Shown piece by piece: positions 60,770-64,000 of a stretch of DNA of 64,000 bases (the stretch's first letter is position 1; every line of letters starts with the position of its first letter). The translations under genes and the position numbers were made by a program. The notes under the pieces were generated by a model. It was not told where the DNA came from. It did no database searches and saw only the letters and a program-made list of their open reading frames with translations. Source of the stretch: an uncultured Acidobacteriota bacterium (lineage in GTDB: Bacteria; Acidobacteriota; Vicinamibacteria; Vicinamibacterales; UBA8438); NCBI GenBank assembly GCA_913043225.1, contig CAJWLU010000006.1, positions 1 through 64,000 on the forward strand. The letters are read 5' to 3'.

Positions 60770-61957
60770 ATGAAACGAGTGTTCATAGCCCTCGCCGCGG
60801 GGGTGTTGTTCTTCGTGGCAGGCGATGCACGGGCGCAGACCCAGCAGCCTGTCGAACCGGCGCACGGTGTGCTCGATCCGGACGCCACCACTGACGATCT
60901 CGGGATCGACATCCCGATTCCGGTGTCATACCCCGCTCGGCGCTATCCCGCGTCGCACGATTTCCCAAGTGGACCCGGTATCGGCGAACGCCTACCTGAA
61001 TTCTCGCTACCGAACCAACATGGGGAGTTGGTGGATTTCCACGCCGACCGTGGCGAATCAAAGTCGGTCGTGGTGTTCTACCGCTCGGCCGTATGGTGAC
61101 CGTACTGCCGTACGCAGCTGGTCGAGCTGCAGGACAACTTGGAATTGTTTCAAGCGGAAGGCATCAAGGTCTACGGCATCAGCTACGACACCTCCGAGCA
61201 GCTGCTCGCATTCGCGAGTGACTACGACGTGACCTACGACCTGTTGGCTGATGTCGACTCCGAGGTCATCAAGACATTCGGGATTCTAAATACCCTAATT
61301 GAACCGGATGACCCTGAGCAGAGTAGTGCGGGACGAGGCTTCTACGGCATGCCCTTCCCGGGTGTGTATGTCACAGACGGCAACGGCGTGGTGACCGAGA
61401 AGTTTTTTCATCGTCACTATGGCACCCGTGAGTCCGCCGGCGCGATCCGCGACTCGGCGCTCGGCGAGATCCTTGTTCGGCACGAAGTGCCCGTAGTGGA
61501 GCTAGCTAACGAGCAGGTCAAGATTTCGGCGTTCACGTCAGATCCGTCATTACAATTCGAGACGCAGACCATGGTCTACGTTCGATTCGAGCTGGAGGAT
61601 GGATTGCACATGTACGGGCGTCCGCTTCCTGACGGCTACATTGCGTCGGAAGCGACCATCCCCGATATTTCGGGCCTCCGGGTGGGCGAGGCGCGGTATC
61701 CACCCACGCATGAGCAAGAGTTTCCGCTCCTGGGCGTCACGTTGAATGTCTATGAGGGCGTTGTCGATGTGGCCATTCCGGTAACGCCGAACGCGGAGCG
61801 GTTCACGTCTCGGTTGTCGCAGGAGGTGGATATTCCGATTGAGGTGCTGTTCCAGGCCTGTAGCGACACCATCTGCTACACGCCGCGGACGGAAACATTG
61901 TCGGTGACCCTGCCGATCGAGCCTTTGCTGCGTTCGGGAGAATCAAGGAACCGGTGA
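60770..61957 (+). CDS. putative exported selenoprotein: AhpC/TSA peroxiredoxin-like domain (UxxC, Sec110) fused to a DsbD-N-like domain
   Basis: Reading through TGA 61097-61099 gives FYRSAVW-U-PYCRTQLVELQ, in frame with ORF 61139-61957; SECIS-like hairpin follows; C-terminal FQACSDTICYTP; 395 aa. Confidence 0.85.
61114..61130 (+). promoter_or_regulatory. putative bacterial SECIS hairpin
   Basis: Stem GCAGCT (61114-61119) / AGCTGC (61125-61130), loop GGTCG; 20 nt lie between the UGA and the loop, which starts with G. Confidence 0.7.
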
Positions 61958-62541
61958 TGGTCGAGGACACGCTCGCACCGTATGTCATCGAGGAGGCCCG
62001 GTCGAGCCGTTCGCGATGTCGGACTTGCCGGAAGAAGATCGAGAAGGGAAAGCTGCGCCTCGGTATTTTGCTGGAGGGCCCTTATGGCACCGGGTATCTC
62101 TGGCACCACCTGACCTGCGCGGCGAGACGAAGACTCGAGGACGTGGAGGCGGCCTACGCCCAGCCTGCGTTCGAGAAGGGCCTGAAGGTCCCGGCGCTTG
62201 AGAAGCTGCAGGCGCTACAGGAGAAGGCTGAGAAGGAGCGCGCCGACCGAAAGGAGTTGCCCTACGTTGAGAAGGCGCCTACCGGACGGTCGAAGTGCAA
62301 GCGTTGCGGTGCAGGTATCGAGCAGGACAGTTTCCGCGTGGTGCTCGCCCGTGAGGTGGCCTTCGGTAGCCAGGTCCGGAGTGGCCCCATTAACGTGCAT
62401 CCGAAATGTGTGGCCGAGGAACTCGACACCGAAGACTGTATGACCGAGGTAGAGGGCTTCGGCGAGGCGCTCCACGCGCACAGCGGCCTTGACGCCGCCA
62501 CGGTCGACGCGGCTCTGGCCGAGATAGGTTCCCTGGGCTAG
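61957..62541 (+). CDS. protein with two tandem PARP-type zinc fingers
   Basis: IEEARSSRSRCRTC-x26-HLTC and VEKAPTGRSKCKRC-x30-HPKC; TGATG overlap with the upstream gene. Confidence 0.8.
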   Translation: MVEDTLAPYVIEEARSSRSRCRTCRKKIEKGKLRLGILLEGPYGTGYLWHHLTCAARRRLEDVEAAYAQPAFEKGLKVPALEKLQALQEKAEKERADRKELPYVEKAPTGRSKCKRCGAGIEQDSFRVVLAREVAFGSQVRSGPINVHPKCVAEELDTEDCMTEVEGFGEALHAHSGLDAATVDAALAEIGSLG

Positions 62542-62642
62542 ACGCTAGAATTTTAGGTGCCTTCGGCAAGGGATGGGTTTATCCGGCGGTAACCAAGAGT
62601 TGTCTCGATCGAGTGCCGACTAAGAAGCAAGGAGAGGATTCG

Positions 62643-63674
62643 ATGAGCAAGTGGCGCACGTCGACCAGTGTCGTGGTCTTTACGTTGGCAATCGTGGTCG
62701 CGGGTCCGGTTCTCGCGCAGGAGGCATGGACTCTGCCGCGCACGGCAGACGGCGATCCCGAGATCGGTGGGGTCTGGGACTTCCGTACGCTTACCCCGCT
62801 GCAGCGTCCTGGAGATGCGGCTGAGCAGCTGACTGATGAAGAGGCGGCGGCCATCGAGGAGCGTTCCCGCCAGGCGGCGATTGAGGCCGACCGGCCCAGC
62901 GAAATACGCACCGAACCACTGCCGGTCGGTGCGCCGGTGGGCGGCTATAACAACTTCTGGTTCGACCGTGGTGCGGGTGTCGTCGATGACAACCGTACGT
63001 CGCTTATCGTTTCCCCGGCCAGCGGGCGCGTGCCGGCTCTGCAGCCGGGCGTCGAAATGGTACGGCTCTCGCTAGGCGAGGACATTCCGGGCGGACAGCC
63101 GGTGCGCGTCCGTGCGGCCGGCATCGGGGCCTCTCACTGGAAAGACCGCGGCCTGGCTGAGCGGTGCTTGCTGGGCTTTAATTCAGGGCCTCCCATCGTG
63201 CCGGCCGGTTACAACCAGAACTTTCAGGTGTTTCAGACCAAGGACCACGTGGTCATTCTGCACGAGATGGTGCACGACTCGCGGATCGTGCCGCTCGACC
63301 GGAGGCCGCACCTGCCCGAGAGCATTCGGCAGTGGATGGGTGATTCCCGGGGCTACTGGGACGGCGATACGCTGGTGGTGGAGTCGAAGAATTTTACGGA
63401 CCAAACCTCGAGCTTCAGCCCGTCGGTGACCATGGCGGCCGGCGACGGTACCACGCTGAACCTGACTGAACGGTTTACGCGGGTGGCAGACGATACGCTG
63501 CTGTATGAGTTTACCGTCGACGACCCACAGACGTTTACTGAGCCGATCGTGGCCCAGATTCCTGTGAAACGCGGCGATATGATGTTCGAGTACGCGTGTC
63601 ACGAAGGCAATTATGGGCTGGATAACATCCTGCGCGGCGCCCGCGAAGCCGAGCTCGCGGCTGCCGGCCAGTAG
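62643..63674 (+). CDS. exported uncharacterised protein, ACHEGN family paralog 7
   Basis: RTADGDPEIGGVW, ERCLLGFNSGPP, EMVH, FEYACHEGN; TAGAAT at 62546-62551. Confidence 0.85.
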   Translation: MSKWRTSTSVVVFTLAIVVAGPVLAQEAWTLPRTADGDPEIGGVWDFRTLTPLQRPGDAAEQLTDEEAAAIEERSRQAAIEADRPSEIRTEPLPVGAPVGGYNNFWFDRGAGVVDDNRTSLIVSPASGRVPALQPGVEMVRLSLGEDIPGGQPVRVRAAGIGASHWKDRGLAERCLLGFNSGPPIVPAGYNQNFQVFQTKDHVVILHEMVHDSRIVPLDRRPHLPESIRQWMGDSRGYWDGDTLVVESKNFTDQTSSFSPSVTMAAGDGTTLNLTERFTRVADDTLLYEFTVDDPQTFTEPIVAQIPVKRGDMMFEYACHEGNYGLDNILRGAREAELAAAGQ

Positions 63675-63744
63675 GGAACGATTCAGCAGCTTGGGTGCCG
63701 CCAGACCGCCTTGGGGCGCGGCGGCGGCCACGTCTTCAGAAACC

Positions 63745-64000
63745 ATGGCTGGTGTCACACGTCGGAGCTTTGTGGGGCGAATGGGCGCGGGGGCGGTTGG
63801 TGCCGCAGCCGCAGGCCTCTTGCCAATGGCGAGACAGGTGCGTGTGCGGGCGCAGCCGCGACAGAACTGGCTCGACCTGACTCCAGAGCCGGCGCTCGAG
63901 CCGGCTCTGCCTATCATCGACCCACATCACCATCTGTGGGACCGCCCCGGCAACCGGTACATGCTTGAGGAGTTACTCGAGGATACTGGAACGCACAACG
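63745..64000 (+). CDS. amidohydrolase_2 family protein with Tat signal (5' part; runs off the window, absent from the ORF track)
   Basis: My translation: MAGVTRRSFVGRMGAGAVGAAAAG...LEPALPIIDPHHHLWDRPGNRYMLEELLED. Confidence 0.8.
   Translation, partial: MAGVTRRSFVGRMGAGAVGAAAAGLLPMARQVRVRAQPRQNWLDLTPEPALEPALPIIDPHHHLWDRPGNRYMLEELLEDTGTHN

Noticed and set aside
60749..61957. Two separate genes (116 aa and 272 aa) as given in the ORF track
   Set aside because: They are in the same frame, the break falls inside a thioredoxin-fold active site, and a SECIS-like hairpin follows the TGA.
1..64000. CRISPR array, tRNA (including selC), rRNA, IS, integrase or prophage
   Set aside because: No spaced direct repeats, cloverleaf motifs or mobile-element proteins seen by eye; repeated DNA traces to paralogous genes.

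Overview
GC-rich bacterial chromosomal segment with about 55 tightly packed CDSs, mostly on the + strand. I found no rRNA, tRNA, CRISPR, transposase or recognisable transcription factor. Gene content suggests Acidobacteriota, probably Vicinamibacteria-like (inference only). Most genes encode exported proteins: an ankyrin-DUF1592 cytochrome-DUF1552 operon, six PQQ-type dehydrogenases, seven paralogs of an uncharacterised 'RC...ExxH...ACHEGN' family (two of them in an operon with DUF6152), three NHL/PAL-like propellers, four metallo-beta-lactamase-fold proteins, two amidases and a TRAP transporter. Top finding: the ORFs at 60749-61099 and 61139-61957 read as one gene (60770-61957) with an in-frame TGA in a W-U-P-Y-C thioredoxin-fold motif, followed by a SECIS-like hairpin. 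It predicts an exported selenoprotein fusing an AhpC/TSA-like domain to a DsbD-N-like domain. The gene is translationally coupled to a stand-alone protein with two PARP1-type zinc fingers. All family calls come from reading motifs by eye; no searches were run.
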